Origin: an uncultured Verrucomicrobiae bacterium
GTDB taxonomy: Bacteria > Verrucomicrobiota > Verrucomicrobiia > Palsa-1439
Reading direction: 5' to 3'
DNA length: 64,000 nt
Assembly: GCA_963812605.1 (NCBI GenBank)
Contig: CAWEWF010000001.1
Location: forward strand, 288,001 to 352,000
The stretch's first letter is position 1, and each line of letters starts with the position of its first letter. Both the position numbers and the translations under genes were made by a program. Below the pieces are notes generated by a model, which saw only the letters and a list, made by a program, of their open reading frames with translations, was not told where the DNA came from and searched no databases. Shown in pieces: positions 29,241 through 40,038 of the stretch.

Positions 29241-29536
29241 TTGTCCAAGGACACGCGCCGCCGCGCGGGATCTGCCGGTTCGCGATACAGCACCGTTACA
29301 TGGCCGACAATCCAGACCAGTTCGCTATGGGTGCGGGCGGCCATCTCGGCGGCTAGAGATTTTCTTTCCCCTTTGAAGGCGGCGAACTTGATCTTGATGA
29401 GTTCGTGGTCGTTTAGCGCTTGCTCGACACTGGCCAGGAAGGCATCGGTCAATCCCGCCTTGCCGAGGTGCAGGACGGGATCGAGCCGCTGCGCCAGCTT
29501 TTTTAATTTCCGAAGCTGTGGATTGGACAGGCCCAT
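29237..29536 (-). CDS. yhbY: YhbY/CRM RNA-binding protein
   Basis: LKKLAQRLDPVLHLGKAGL, ALNDHELIKIK, IVGHVTVLYR. Confidence 0.9.
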   Translation of the reverse strand: MGLSNPQLRKLKKLAQRLDPVLHLGKAGLTDAFLASVEQALNDHELIKIKFAAFKGERKSLAAEMAARTHSELVWIVGHVTVLYREPADPARRRVSLDK

Positions 29537-29584
29537 GTCGCGGACTACTCTAGATTGTTTCCGCGTGGAAAGGTACAATGAATT

Positions 29585-30642
29585 ATGAGCGACAGCCCGG
29601 CGCCCGAGCCAGTTCCCGCTCCCGCCACACAAACGGCGCGTCCGCTATTCCGGAAAAAATCCGCGGCGCTTCGAAGACAAATACAAGGAACGCAATCCCG
29701 AGCTTTACCCCGAGGCCGTCGCGAAAGTCCTCGCTTCCGGCAAAACGCCCGCCGGCACGCACCGGCCGATCATGGTGGCGGAGATTCTCGAGGTGTTGAA
29801 TCCGCAGCCAGGCGAAGTCGCTGTGGACGGCACGCTGGGTTACGGCGGTCACGCGCGCGAACTGTTGGCAAAGCTGCAGCCCGGGGGACGTGCTCATCGG
29901 GCTGGATGTCGATCCCATCGAGTTGCCGAAAGCGGAGGCGCGGTTGCGCGCGCTCGGGTTTGGACCCGAAATCTTCGTGGCCTACCGCAGCAATTTTGCC
30001 GGACTCCCCAAGGTACTCGCTGCCGAACAACTCGCCGGGTCGATATGGTCCTCGCTGACCTCGGCGTTTCGTCGATGCAACTTGATGATCCGGGACGCGG
30101 CTTTTCAGCCAAGTTTGCGGGCCCGCTCGATATGCGGATGAACCCGTAGCGCGGTCAGCCTGCCTCCGTGATACTGCAGCGGACCAGCGCCGAGGGCCTC
30201 GCCATCCTCCTGAAGGAAAACGCTGATGAACCGCAAGCCGCCGTGCTGGCCGGAGTTCTCGCCGGGCAGGCGTTTCCCACCACGACCGCGCTGGCCCACG
30301 ACCATCCGCAGCGCTCTGCTGCGCAAAGTGGTGGATGACGAGATCGAGAATTCGATTCGCCGCGTCTTCCAGGCGCTGCGCATTGCCGTGAATGATGAAT
30401 TCTCCGCGCTCGACAGTTTCCTGCGAAATCTCCCCGCTTGTCTCAACCCCGGGGGCCGCGTCGCCATCCTGACGTTCCATTCCGGCGAAGACCGGCGCGT
30501 CAAGAAGGCTTTTGAGGCCGGTTTACGCGACGGTCTCTACGCCGACATCGCCCGGGAAATAATTCGCCCCGCGCCCGCGGAACGCCACGACAACCCGCGT
30601 TCCAGTTCGGCCAAACTCCGCTGGGCGCGCAGGGCGGGATGA
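29585..30642 (+). CDS. rsmH: 16S rRNA m4C1402 methyltransferase RsmH-like (several frameshifts, one in-frame TAG)
   Basis: [68 protein letters not shown]. Confidence 0.85.
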
Positions 30643-30678
30643 CATTGGACGGGTAAGATACGGCGCGAAGAACGTAAG

Positions 30679-31225
30679 TTAGAACTTCAATGTCGTATCG
30701 ATTTGGAAACCGATGGACTGATGGCTATTGGGCATGAGCGGAACGACGTTGGTACCCGCGTCATCCCCGAACCGATCTTCGACAAAGGCCGCCACGCCGA
30801 GGCGCCACCAGTTGCGAACATTGTAATTGGCCTTCAGCACCTGCGAGCGGCGGTCCGAAAGAGTCAGTCCCGAGTTGGCATCCGCTATCGCCTGCCAGCA
30901 AGTATCCATCGTCATCAACTTGCGGTGATAGGCCAGTTGCCATTGACCCTGTAGTTCGCCATCGCCAAAGGCGACGCCGGCTGACCAACCCGTCTATCTG
31001 ATCCAACGCCAACGGCAGGTTCCATTCACCTGACTGCAAATAATCCTCTCGTGCAGTATTCACATAGTCGCCACTTAAGGTTAGGACGCTCTGGGTGCGA
31101 AAAAATGGTTTGTCCGAAAGCGTGGTTTTGAAGGCAGGTGTCGTATCATCTGTTTGTGCATTTATTGCCAGGGTGGCTACAAAACAGATGGAACAGGCCA
31201 CAATTGAAATAGCCAGTTTTCTCAT
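30679..31225 (-). CDS. Hypothetical exported protein, possible outer-membrane beta-barrel fragment (frameshifted)
   Basis: N-terminal signal peptide MRKLAISIVACS; C-terminus FQIDTTLKF resembles a beta-signal; middle is broken. Confidence 0.4.
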
Positions 31226-31283
31226 AAATTCCAACTAATCTTAGCATATAGACGGCCGCTGTCCACCGTTGGATAAAAAGTAG

Positions 31284-31311
31284 TTGACTAGTTAGTCAAA
31301 TGGGATATAAG
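31284..31311 (+). promoter_or_regulatory. TetR-type operator overlapping promoter
   Basis: Palindrome TTGACTA-GT-TAGTCAA (31284-31299) includes -35 TTGACT; TATAAG at 31306. Confidence 0.75.
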
Positions 31312-31356
31312 TTTTTCTCGTCGTAAAACTGGGTCGGAAATCGAGAGGAGCACATT

Positions 31357-31963
31357 ATGGGACGCGTTAGCGATGCGAGGGAGAAGTTGATGGAGGCAGT
31401 AATGGCTGTCACCACACGGGCTCTTACGGTAGTACCACCATCGACCATATCTGTGAGAAGGCGGGCGTAAAGAAGGGGAGCTTCGATTATTTTTTCGACT
31501 CAAAATCAGACCTGGCGATTGCCGCCGTGGAAGCGAGTTTTAAGAGGAGCGTAAACAATCCGACGCGATTTTTTCTTCCGCACTTCCTCCGCTGGAACGA
31601 ATCCATGAAATGTGCGAGTACCTCCTCCAACGACAAGGTGAACTTCAGAAGAAACACGGGAAAGTGCTTGGCTGCCCGCTGCATTCCATCGGCTCCGAGG
31701 TCAGCACGGAAGAGCCGGAACTCTGCGCCAAGATCCAGGAGATCATGGTTCATCATCGAAAGTATCTGGAGTCAACCATTCGCGAGGCGCACGCACAGGG
31801 GCTGATCCATGCGCCCGATCCGGCGCGAAGGCGGAGATGGTGTTTGCGTATTATGAAGGACTGCTGACGCACGCCCGTATCGATAACGACCTTTCGGTGC
31901 TCAACGAGATGGAAGAGGGGAATGATGTCGCTATTGGGACTCAAGGAAACCGCTTCGACCTGA
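31357..31963 (+). CDS. TetR/AcrR-family regulator (frameshifted)
   Basis: GAGGAG RBS; MGRVSDAREKLMEA..TIDHICEKAGVKKGSF.YFFDSKSDLA; C-terminal GCPL. Confidence 0.8.
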
Positions 31964-31991
31964 GGAGATTCATTATTCAGAGAGCAAACGT

Positions 31992-33211
31992 ATGAAAAAT
32001 TCACTAACCACCAGCGACAGCACCGCAGCCCCGTCTGTGGGCACTACCTCCTCAGCCCTGAGTAGCGCCCGATTGGAAGGCACTTCGAAATCAGCGCGCA
32101 CTTCAAAATCCATGACCCTGCTCAATGCTGGTCATGCTGGGCCTGATGCTGCTTTTCATCGTGGCGATTGGCGCCTGGAAAGTGTGGCAGACCCTGGGCG
32201 GGGATGGCACAGGCTGCGAAATTTGCGCCGCCCCCGCCGCCGTCACGACGGTCGTGGTCAAGAGGGAGACGTGGCAGCCCGTCCTCAGCGCCGTCGGTTC
32301 GCTCAAGGCGGTCAATGGCGTGACCGTGAGCACCGACCTGGCGGGCATCGTCTCGGAGATCGCTTTCAATCCGGCGCCGCCGTGAAAAAAGGCGACCTGC
32401 TCGTCAAGCTCGACACCAGCAGGAGGAGGCGCAATTGCACTCCGCGGAGGCGCGCCGCGAGCTGGCAAGATGAGCCTCGACCGCAAGCGCGACTCGCTCA
32501 AGCAAGACCATCTCGCCCTCGGACTAGGATTCCGCGGAGAGCGAGTTTCGGCAGGCCGAAGGGAATGTGGATCCAAGGCCATCATCGCGCGCAAGCCCAT
32601 CACGGCGCCCTTCGATGGCTATCTCGGCATCCGGCAGGTCGATCTCGGCCAATATCTCAATCCGGGCGCGCCCATCGTCCCACTGCAATCGCTCGACCCG
32701 ATCTATGTCGAGTTCGCGCTGCCGCAGCAGCATCTCGAGCCTGGCCGTCGGCAAAAAGCTGCGCTTCCGCGACCGAGGTGGCAGGAAATTTGAAGGGGAG
32801 ATCACCGCCATCGATTCGAAGGTGGATGAGGCCACGCGCAATGTCATCGTCCAGGGCACGGTCCGAACCCGGAACAGGTTGCGCCCCGGCATGTTTGTCA
32901 ACGTGGACGTGTTGCTGCCGAGCAGGGCGTGTTGCCATCCCCGTCTCCTCGATCAATTACGCGCCCTACGGCGATTCGGTCTATCGTCGTGACAAGCCGG
33001 GCGGAGGGGGCCGACGGCAAGGGCAAGGAAGCGCAGCAAGTCGTGAGGCTCGGGCCGAGCCGCGGCGACCAGGTCGCGGTCCTGTCGGGCCTCAAAGAGG
33101 GCGACGAAGTCGTCACCTCCGGCGTCTTCAAGCTGCGAGCCACACGCTCCGGTGAAGGTGAACAACAGCGTGCAGCCGGGCAACGAAGTCAACCCGAAAC
33201 CCGGCGACTAG
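31992..33211 (+). CDS. RND efflux membrane fusion protein (many indels)
   Basis: AVGSLKAVNGVTVSTDLAGIV, ITAPFDGYLGIRQVDLGQY, LRPGMFV, GLKEGDEVVTSG. Confidence 0.82.
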
Positions 33212-33234
33212 ATAAACCCTCTCGGCCCCAGAAC

Positions 33235-36200
33235 ATGAAATTCACCGATCTTTTCATCCGCCGCCCGGTCGTGGCGACCGTGCTGAGCCTGATCATCCTC
33301 ATGGCGGGCTTGCAGTCGATCCACAGGCTCAACGTGCGGCAGTATCCGCGCAGCGATATCGCCACGTCAGCGTCAGACGACCTACGTCGGCGCGAGCGCG
33401 GACCTGGTGCGGGGCTTCATCACCACGCCGCTCGAACGGGCCATCGCCAGCGCCGACGGCATCGATTACATCGAGTCGCAGAGCGCGCAGGGGCTCAGCA
33501 TCATCACGGTGCACCTCAAGCTGAACTACGACACCAACGCCGCGCTGACGCAGATCCAGTCGAAGCTCGCGCAGGTGCGCAACGATCTGCCGCCCGAGGC
33601 GGAGGCGCCGGTCATCGAATTGCAGACGAGCGACAGCCAGTTCGCCATCATGTATATGAGCTTCGACTCGAAGGATCCTCGACCCGAGCCAGATCACCGA
33701 TTACCTCACGCGCGTGGTGCAGCCGAAGCTGACGGCCGTGAGCGGCGTCCAGAAGGCCGACATCCTCGGCGCGCGCGTCTTCGCGATGCGCATCTGGCTC
33801 AAGACCGACCGCATGGCCGCGCTGAACATCTCGCCGTCCGAGGTCCGCGCAGGCGCTGGCGGCCAACAACTATCTCTCCGCCCTCGGCGCGACCAAGGGC
33901 TCGATGACCTCGGTCGAACCTCATGGCCAATACCGACCTGCGCACGCCGGAGGAATTTCGCGAACTGGTCATCCGCCAGCAGAACAGCGCCATCGTCCGG
34001 CTCAAGGACATCGCCGACGTCGAACTCGGCGCCGAGAACTACGACATGGATGTGCGCTTCTCGGGCAGAAGGCCACGTTCATGGGCATCTGGGTGATGCC
34101 GACGGCCAACTCGCTGGACGTCATCAAGGCGGTGCGGCGCCGCGCTGCCGGACATCGAGAAGCAACTGCCCGCGGGCATGCACGTCGGCGTGCCGTACGA
34201 CGCCACGCGCTACATCCGCGACGCCTGCACGAGGTCATCCACACGCTCGTCGAGACGCTGCTCATCGTCGTCGTCGTCATCTTCCTTTTCCTCGGCTCGG
34301 TGCGTGCGGTGCTCATCCCGGTGGTGGCGATCCCCATTTCGCTGATCGGCGCGGCGTTCCTCATGCTGGCCTTCGGCTTCACGCTCAATCTGCTGACCTT
34401 GCTGGCGATCGTGCTTTCGGTGGGCCTCGTGGTCGATGACGCCATCGTGGTCGTGGAGAACGTCGAGCGGCACTTGCAGTCGGCAGCCGCCCTCATGCCG
34501 CGATCAAGGGCGCGCGCGAATTGTTCGGCCCGATCATCGCCATGACCATCACCCTGGCGGCGGTTTACGCGCCCATCGGCATCCAGGGCGGCCTTACCGG
34601 CGCGCTCTTCCGCGAGTTCGCCTTCACGCTCGCGGGCGCGGTGATCGTCTCGGGCGTCGTGGCGCTGACGCTTTCGCCGATGATGTCCTCGAAGCTCCTG
34701 CGCGCCGGGGATTCGCACGGGGTTTCGCGGGCTGGATCAATCGCGCTTCGACGGACTCCGCCGCCGATACATGCGGCTGCTCACCAATTCGCTGCGCTGG
34801 CGCCCGGTGACGCTCACTCTGCGGCGATCGTCATCCTGCTCATCGTGCCCTTCTTCCTGTTTTCGCATGCACGAACTCGCGCCGAAGGAGGACCAGGGCG
34901 TGATCTTCGGCATCGTCCAGGCCGCGCCGAATTCGACCATCGAGCAGACGACGCGTTACACCGAAAAGGTGAACGAAGTCTTCCAATCGATGCCGGAGAC
35001 GAGCACACCTTCCAGCTCACGAGCCAACGGCGGTTTCTCCGGCATGGTGACAAAGCCGTGGAGCGAGCGGAACCGCACCACCGAGCAGATCGTCGGCGAG
35101 GTATTCGCGCGGGTCGGCAAATCGCCGGCGTCCGCGTCATCGCCACGACTCCCGAGCCGCTGCCGGGCGGGGGCAGTTTCCCGGTCGAATTCGTCATCAC
35201 CTCCACCGCCGAGCCGCGGGAAATCATCGAATTCGCCAATCAACTCGTCGCGAAGGCGCTCGCAGAGCGGGGTTTCATTTTGCGGACACCGATTTGAAAT
35301 ATGACCATCCACAGACGGAGATCGTTTTCGACCGCGACAAGGTGGCCTCGCTGGGACTGAACCTGCACAGGTTGGCGCGGATCTCGGCACGATGCTGGGC
35401 GGCAATTATGTCAATCGCTTCAACATCCAGGGCCGCAGCTACAAGGTCATCCCGCAAGTCTCGCGCGCGCAGCGGCTGAATGCGGATCAATTGAAGAACT
35501 ATTACATCAGCGGGCCCGACGGAAAACTGGTGTAGCTCTCGACTTTTGCGACCTTGAAGCAAACGACGGAACCGCGGGCGATCTACCGTTTCCAGCAATT
35601 GAACTCCGTGAAGATCCAGGGGCCATCCGGCCGGGCGCGACGCTGGACCAGGCGCTGAAGGTGCTCGAACAGGAAGCGGCGCAGATCTGCCGAAGGGCTA
35701 TAACATTGATTACGGCGGGGAAGCGCGACAGTTGCGGGTGGAAGGGAACAACCTGAACACGACCCTGATGCTTTCCTTCATCCTCATCTTCCTCGTGCTG
35801 GCGGCGCAGTTTGAGAGTTTCCGCGATCCGTTGATCATTCTGCTTGGCTCCGTGCCGCTGGCGCTCTCGGGCGCGTTGCTGTTCAGCTTCCTCGGGTTTA
35901 CGACGTTGAACATCTACAGCCAGATCGGATTGATCACGCTGGTGGGACTCGTTTCCAAAAATGGAATCCTCATCGTGGAATTTGCCAACAAGATGCAGGA
36001 GTCGGGCAAGGACAAGCTCAACGCGGTCATCGAGGCCGCCGGAACCCGTTTGCGTCCCATCCTGATGACGTCCGTGGCGACGGTGGCGGGTCACTTTCCC
36101 CTCGTCCTGGCCCGGGTCCCGGCGCCGGTTCGCGAAACAGCATCGGTACAGTGCTCGTCAGCGGAATGATGATCGGGACGGTGTTCACGTTGTTTGTGGT

Positions 36201-36321
36201 GCCTTCCATCTACATGCTGCTGGCACGCAATCATGCCTTGAAGCCGCGAGAAACCGAGATCGAAGAACGGAGTTCGAGAGCGCTGCCGAGGGTGCCACGC
36301 TACGTCGGGACATTTTGCTAA
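33235..36321 (+). CDS. RND efflux permease, AcrB family (many indels, one in-frame TAG; end approximate)
   Basis: MKFTDLFIRRPVVA, GLVVDDAIVVVEN, ALTLSPMM, KNGILIVEFAN, RLRPILMT, TLFVVP. Confidence 0.88.
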
Positions 36322-36434
36322 CGGGGGGCGACTAGGGCGGTTGCTGAATTTTTCCCCGGAGACGCGGAATTTGAATTGACTCATGTCCCACGCTGCGCCA
36401 TTCTAGCGCAACGGTTTCTACCAAGGAGGGGGCC

Positions 36435-37005
36435 GTGATCAAGTTTCGTTGCCTGAATTGTGGCCAAAAATTGGCCGTGTCTGACGATGGCATTAATGCC
36501 GTTGTTTCCTGCACCGAATTGCCGGGAGTCTATCGTCGTCCCCCCTTATTCCATCTCGGACTTTTTTTCCGCGGAACCGCTCCAGCAACCTGGCGCGTCC
36601 AGCGTTGGCAGCCTCGAGTTCGTTCGGCAGGTGCGCGTCGAAGGCGTTCCGGCGACCGTGCGAGCGGCGTTGCTGCCGCAACTGGCGCGGATGATGATGA
36701 ACCGGCTGGTGCAGGCGCTCTACGGACAACGCGAAAGCCTGATCGAGACACAGATGGAAGCGACCCGGCGCATGGCCGAGTTGGAAGAACGGATCGCCCG
36801 GGCCCAGACGAGCGTGGAGCGAAGGATCGCCGCCTACGAGGGCCGTATCGGGGAATTGGAAAGCCAATTGACCGCGAAGGAAGAGGAAAACCGGGAACTT
36901 CTGCGGGTGAATTTTCAACTCGCGAAGAAGGCGCTCGAAGTCGAAAGCCGCCCGCAACCTCCCCGCGTGAACCTACGCGAGGCTGGGTTTTTGCTGCGCG
37001 CGTAG
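36435..37005 (+). CDS. Zn-ribbon + coiled-coil hypothetical protein (frameshift ~36515)
   Basis: MIKFRCLNCGQKL..VSCxNC; heptad-rich LEERIARAQ..RIAAYEGRIGELE. Confidence 0.6.
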
Positions 37006-38061
37006 CGCCTGCTCGTAACACTGCAGCGCTTCGCTGTAACGTTCCAGCCGATTGAACACCCCGCCCTTGTTCAGGTAGGCCATCGTCATCGACTCGTCCA
37101 ACGCGATCGCGCGATCGTAGCAGTCGATGGCCTCGTCCAGTTTCCCGAGCTTCTCCAGCGCCATGCCCTTCTTGATGAACGCCTCGGCGATCGTCGCGTC
37201 CAGCGCGATCGCTTCGTCGAAGCACGCCAGCGCCGTATCGGCCTGCGACAGGTTGAGCAGAGCCTGTCCTTTTCCCAGCAGTAAGGCGACGCGGGCATCG
37301 CGCTCCGCCTTTTCGGTCCTGGCGCGCGTGCTGGCCGTATCCGGTTCCGAGGCTTCGGAAGGCGGCTCGTCCGCTACCGGCGGCGGCTCGGCGTTGGGCA
37401 TTGGCTCCGCAGTTCCTTCCAGTTCGTTGATGCGCTTCTCGAGCCGCTCAATGGTGTTGACGAAACGCGCGGTGGACTGCTCGACGCGGTTTACGGAAAC
37501 CACCTGCGTGTCGCCGGCGGCGAGGGCGGCCGGCATGAAACCCGGGCCAAGCGCCTGACCCGTGAATTGCGCGATCAGGGTCTCAGTGCGGCGGTTCATG
37601 ATCCGCAACAGGAACACCACGAAGAAGAGCATTCCTATGAATCCAAGGCTGGCAAAAATGGCGACCGTAACAAGCGTGGAACGTTGCGAAAGCCTTATGG
37701 ACTCAATCTCATGTTCCCGCTCCGCCGTAACGGATTGTTCGATGCGATTCAGTCGCGCTTCGACCTCCTCGCTGTTACGTTTCGCGGAAGCCTCGGCGTC
37801 CTGGCGGGCCTGTTCCACCCCGCGCGCGGCGGCCGCCGCGTCCTGCCGCGCCTGTTCGATGCCCACGAGCATGGATCGCTGCTGCTCCTGGAGTTGCTGG
37901 TAAGACTGGACGACGTGCTGGGCCCATTCGGCGCTGCCTTCGGGCGGCTGATCCTTTCCCGCGGGCAGAGAATTGGTTTCCCCCACGACGGACAAGCAGA
38001 ATGCCGCGTAGAAAACAGCTACCACCGAGAAAATTCCCGGCCCTTTACGATTTCCTCCCAT
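36973..38061 (-). CDS. Membrane-anchored coiled-coil/TPR protein
   Basis: Signal-like N-terminus, coiled coil, one TM helix, three C-terminal TPRs (KGMALEKLGKLDEAIDCYDRAI). Confidence 0.8.
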   Translation of the reverse strand: MGGNRKGPGIFSVVAVFYAAFCLSVVGETNSLPAGKDQPPEGSAEWAQHVVQSYQQLQEQQRSMLVGIEQARQDAAAAARGVEQARQDAEASAKRNSEEVEARLNRIEQSVTAEREHEIESIRLSQRSTLVTVAIFASLGFIGMLFFVVFLLRIMNRRTETLIAQFTGQALGPGFMPAALAAGDTQVVSVNRVEQSTARFVNTIERLEKRINELEGTAEPMPNAEPPPVADEPPSEASEPDTASTRARTEKAERDARVALLLGKGQALLNLSQADTALACFDEAIALDATIAEAFIKKGMALEKLGKLDEAIDCYDRAIALDESMTMAYLNKGGVFNRLERYSEALQCYEQALRAQQKPSLA

Positions 38062-38251
38062 AAACTAAAACCCCCCTTAGCTTGCACCGTAGAAGAATTT
38101 TTGTGGGAATTCAATCAAAAATCCACGCCAACGCCAATTTTGCGGTGGCATTTTGGAAGAGGATGGAGACACGAAGCGCCGCCGTTGACAGGCGACGGGC
38201 GCAAATCTATAGTCGGGCCGTTGTTTTTCTCGACAAGGGGGATGACCAACC

Positions 38252-39103
38252 GTGCCGGAAATCGCATACGTTAACGGAGAATTTTTGCCTCTCGAACGCG
38301 CCACCGTCCGTGTGGAGGACCGTGGTTTTCAGTTTGCCGACGGCGTTTACGAAGTTGTGCGCACGTATGGCGGGAAACCCTTCGCGACTGACGCGCATCT
38401 CGCCCGGCTTTTTCGCAGTCTGGCTGCCATCGAACTTGTTACACCGCAGATCACAGCCGAGCACCTGCGTTCGATCATCGAAAAGGGCGTGCAACGTGCC
38501 GGTTTTGCCGAGGCGCTTGTTTACCTGCAAATCACCCGGGGCTATGCGCCGCGCCACCGGGGAATGCCGAAGGATGTCAAGCCCACGATTGTGATGACGG
38601 TGCGCGAACTTCCGGCACCCGCGTTGAAATTGCCAGCAACAGGCATTGCCGTCATCACGATGCCGGAGTTCCGCTGGGCGCGACGCGATATCAAGAGCAT
38701 TGCGCTGCTGCCCAGCGTGCTGGCCTATCACGCGGCGAAGAAGGCAGGCGCGAACGACGCGATCTTTGTCGAGGAAGACGGAACCGTGAATGAAGCAACG
38801 GCGGGCAATGTGTTCCTGGTGACGCAGGGGCGATTGCGCACGCCGCCGAAGAGCACGCACATTCTCGCCGGCGTCACCCGTGACAAGCTGCTGGAGGCCG
38901 CGCGCGCGGCGGGGATTGAAACGGTGGAGGAACGGATCACGAAATCCGATCTCTACTCGGCGGAAGAGATCTTCCTGACCAGCACCACGTCCGAGGTGGC
39001 GCCGGTCGTGACGGTGGATGGAAAGCCGATTGGAACGGGGAAACCGGGGCCGGTATCGGCGAGGATTTACGAACAGTTCGCGCGAATGTTTATTCGGACG
39101 TGA
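38252..39103 (+). CDS. Class IV PLP aminotransferase (D-amino-acid transaminase-like)
   Basis: DRGFQFADGVYEV, YLQITRG, DIKSIALL, EATAGNVF, ILAGVTR. Confidence 0.9.
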   Translation: MPEIAYVNGEFLPLERATVRVEDRGFQFADGVYEVVRTYGGKPFATDAHLARLFRSLAAIELVTPQITAEHLRSIIEKGVQRAGFAEALVYLQITRGYAPRHRGMPKDVKPTIVMTVRELPAPALKLPATGIAVITMPEFRWARRDIKSIALLPSVLAYHAAKKAGANDAIFVEEDGTVNEATAGNVFLVTQGRLRTPPKSTHILAGVTRDKLLEAARAAGIETVEERITKSDLYSAEEIFLTSTTSEVAPVVTVDGKPIGTGKPGPVSARIYEQFARMFIRT

Positions 39104-39215
39104 AGGGATTGGCTGTGTTCTTGCTCTTTCTTGTGGTGGTCGCGGTTCTGGCTGCGTATTGTTACCCTCATGGGCAGAGAATTCAAAACGTACCAGTACC
39201 CCGCTTGCTCGATGG

Positions 39216-39243
39216 TTGACAATCAATTTGCGCCTGCTATGAT
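39216..39243 (+). promoter_or_regulatory. rpmH promoter
   Basis: TTGACA-16 bp-TATGAT with extended TGn. Confidence 0.7.
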
Positions 39244-39271
39244 GCGCGTTCCCCAAAACAGGGACTGACAC

Positions 39272-39406
39272 ATGAAACGGACATACCAGCCGTCCAAGAT
39301 TCGGCGGCAACGAAGATTCGGGTTTTTGAAGCGGACACGCACGAAGCGTGGCCGCGCGACATTGAGTCGGCAACGTCGCAAAGGGCGCAAGCGCCTTTCT
39401 GTGTAG
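39272..39406 (+). CDS. rpmH: 50S ribosomal protein L34 (absent from ORF track)
   Basis: Hand-translated [44 protein letters not shown]. Confidence 0.97.
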   Translation: MKRTYQPSKIRRQRRFGFLKRTRTKRGRATLSRQRRKGRKRLSV

Positions 39407-39442
39407 GGTCGAGTTCCTCGCGGTGGCGAGGCGGAGGCCGGT

Positions 39443-39802
39443 TTGCCCGGAAGCAGCACATTGCCCAAAAGCGAGCGACTCCAGCGCGGCCACCAATTTC
39501 GGGGCGCGTATGAGCACGGTCGCAAGTTCGTCGGCCGGTTTGTGGTACTCTATGCGGTGGACGATTCCGCGGCGGGTCGGGCGCTGGGGGTGGTCACGAG
39601 CCGCAAGATCGGCAACGCGGTCGTTCGCAATCGCGCGCGGCGGCTCCTGCGCGAGGCGTATCGACTGAACAAACAGAAACTCAAAACCAATTTACAGATT
39701 GTCATGGTTGCCCGCAGCACCATCAACGGAAAGCGCCGCCCGGAAGTGGAGGCGGATTTGTTGCGATTATTCCTGGCGGCGGGCATCCTGAACGAGACGT
39801 GA
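39443..39802 (+). CDS. rnpA: RNase P protein component (start uncertain)
   Basis: [30 protein letters not shown] (RNR motif); synteny. Confidence 0.93.
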   Translation: MPGSSTLPKSERLQRGHQFRGAYEHGRKFVGRFVVLYAVDDSAAGRALGVVTSRKIGNAVVRNRARRLLREAYRLNKQKLKTNLQIVMVARSTINGKRRPEVEADLLRLFLAAGILNET

Positions 39803-40038
39803 TCAAACCTTTACTTCTCCGGTTGTTGCGGCTTTATCGCTACCTTTCGCCGCTACGAATGCTCTTGCCCGCGCCCGCGGTGGGCGGTTGCTGCCGGTTT
39901 CATCCCACCTGTTCCGGCTACGCCCACGAGGCAATTGAAAAACTCGGCCCCGCCCGCGGGCTGTGGCTATCGGCGGCGCGACTGGCGCGGTGTCATCCGT
40001 TTGCGGAAGGTGGTTACGACCCGGTGCCGAAGCGATGA
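39799..40038 (+). CDS. yidD: Membrane protein insertion efficiency factor
   Basis: [24 protein letters not shown]. Confidence 0.93.
   Translation: MIKPLLLRLLRLYRYLSPLRMLLPAPAVGGCCRFHPTCSGYAHEAIEKLGPARGLWLSAARLARCHPFAEGGYDPVPKR

Noticed and set aside
30147-35535. TAG stop-codon reassignment
   Set aside because: TAG is the true stop of rpmH, the GH105 gene and leuB; only two internal TAGs were seen, both in error-rich genes.
39104-39271. oriC upstream of rpmH
   Set aside because: Short intergenic region with no TTATCCACA-like cluster, no AT-rich unwinding element and no dnaA.
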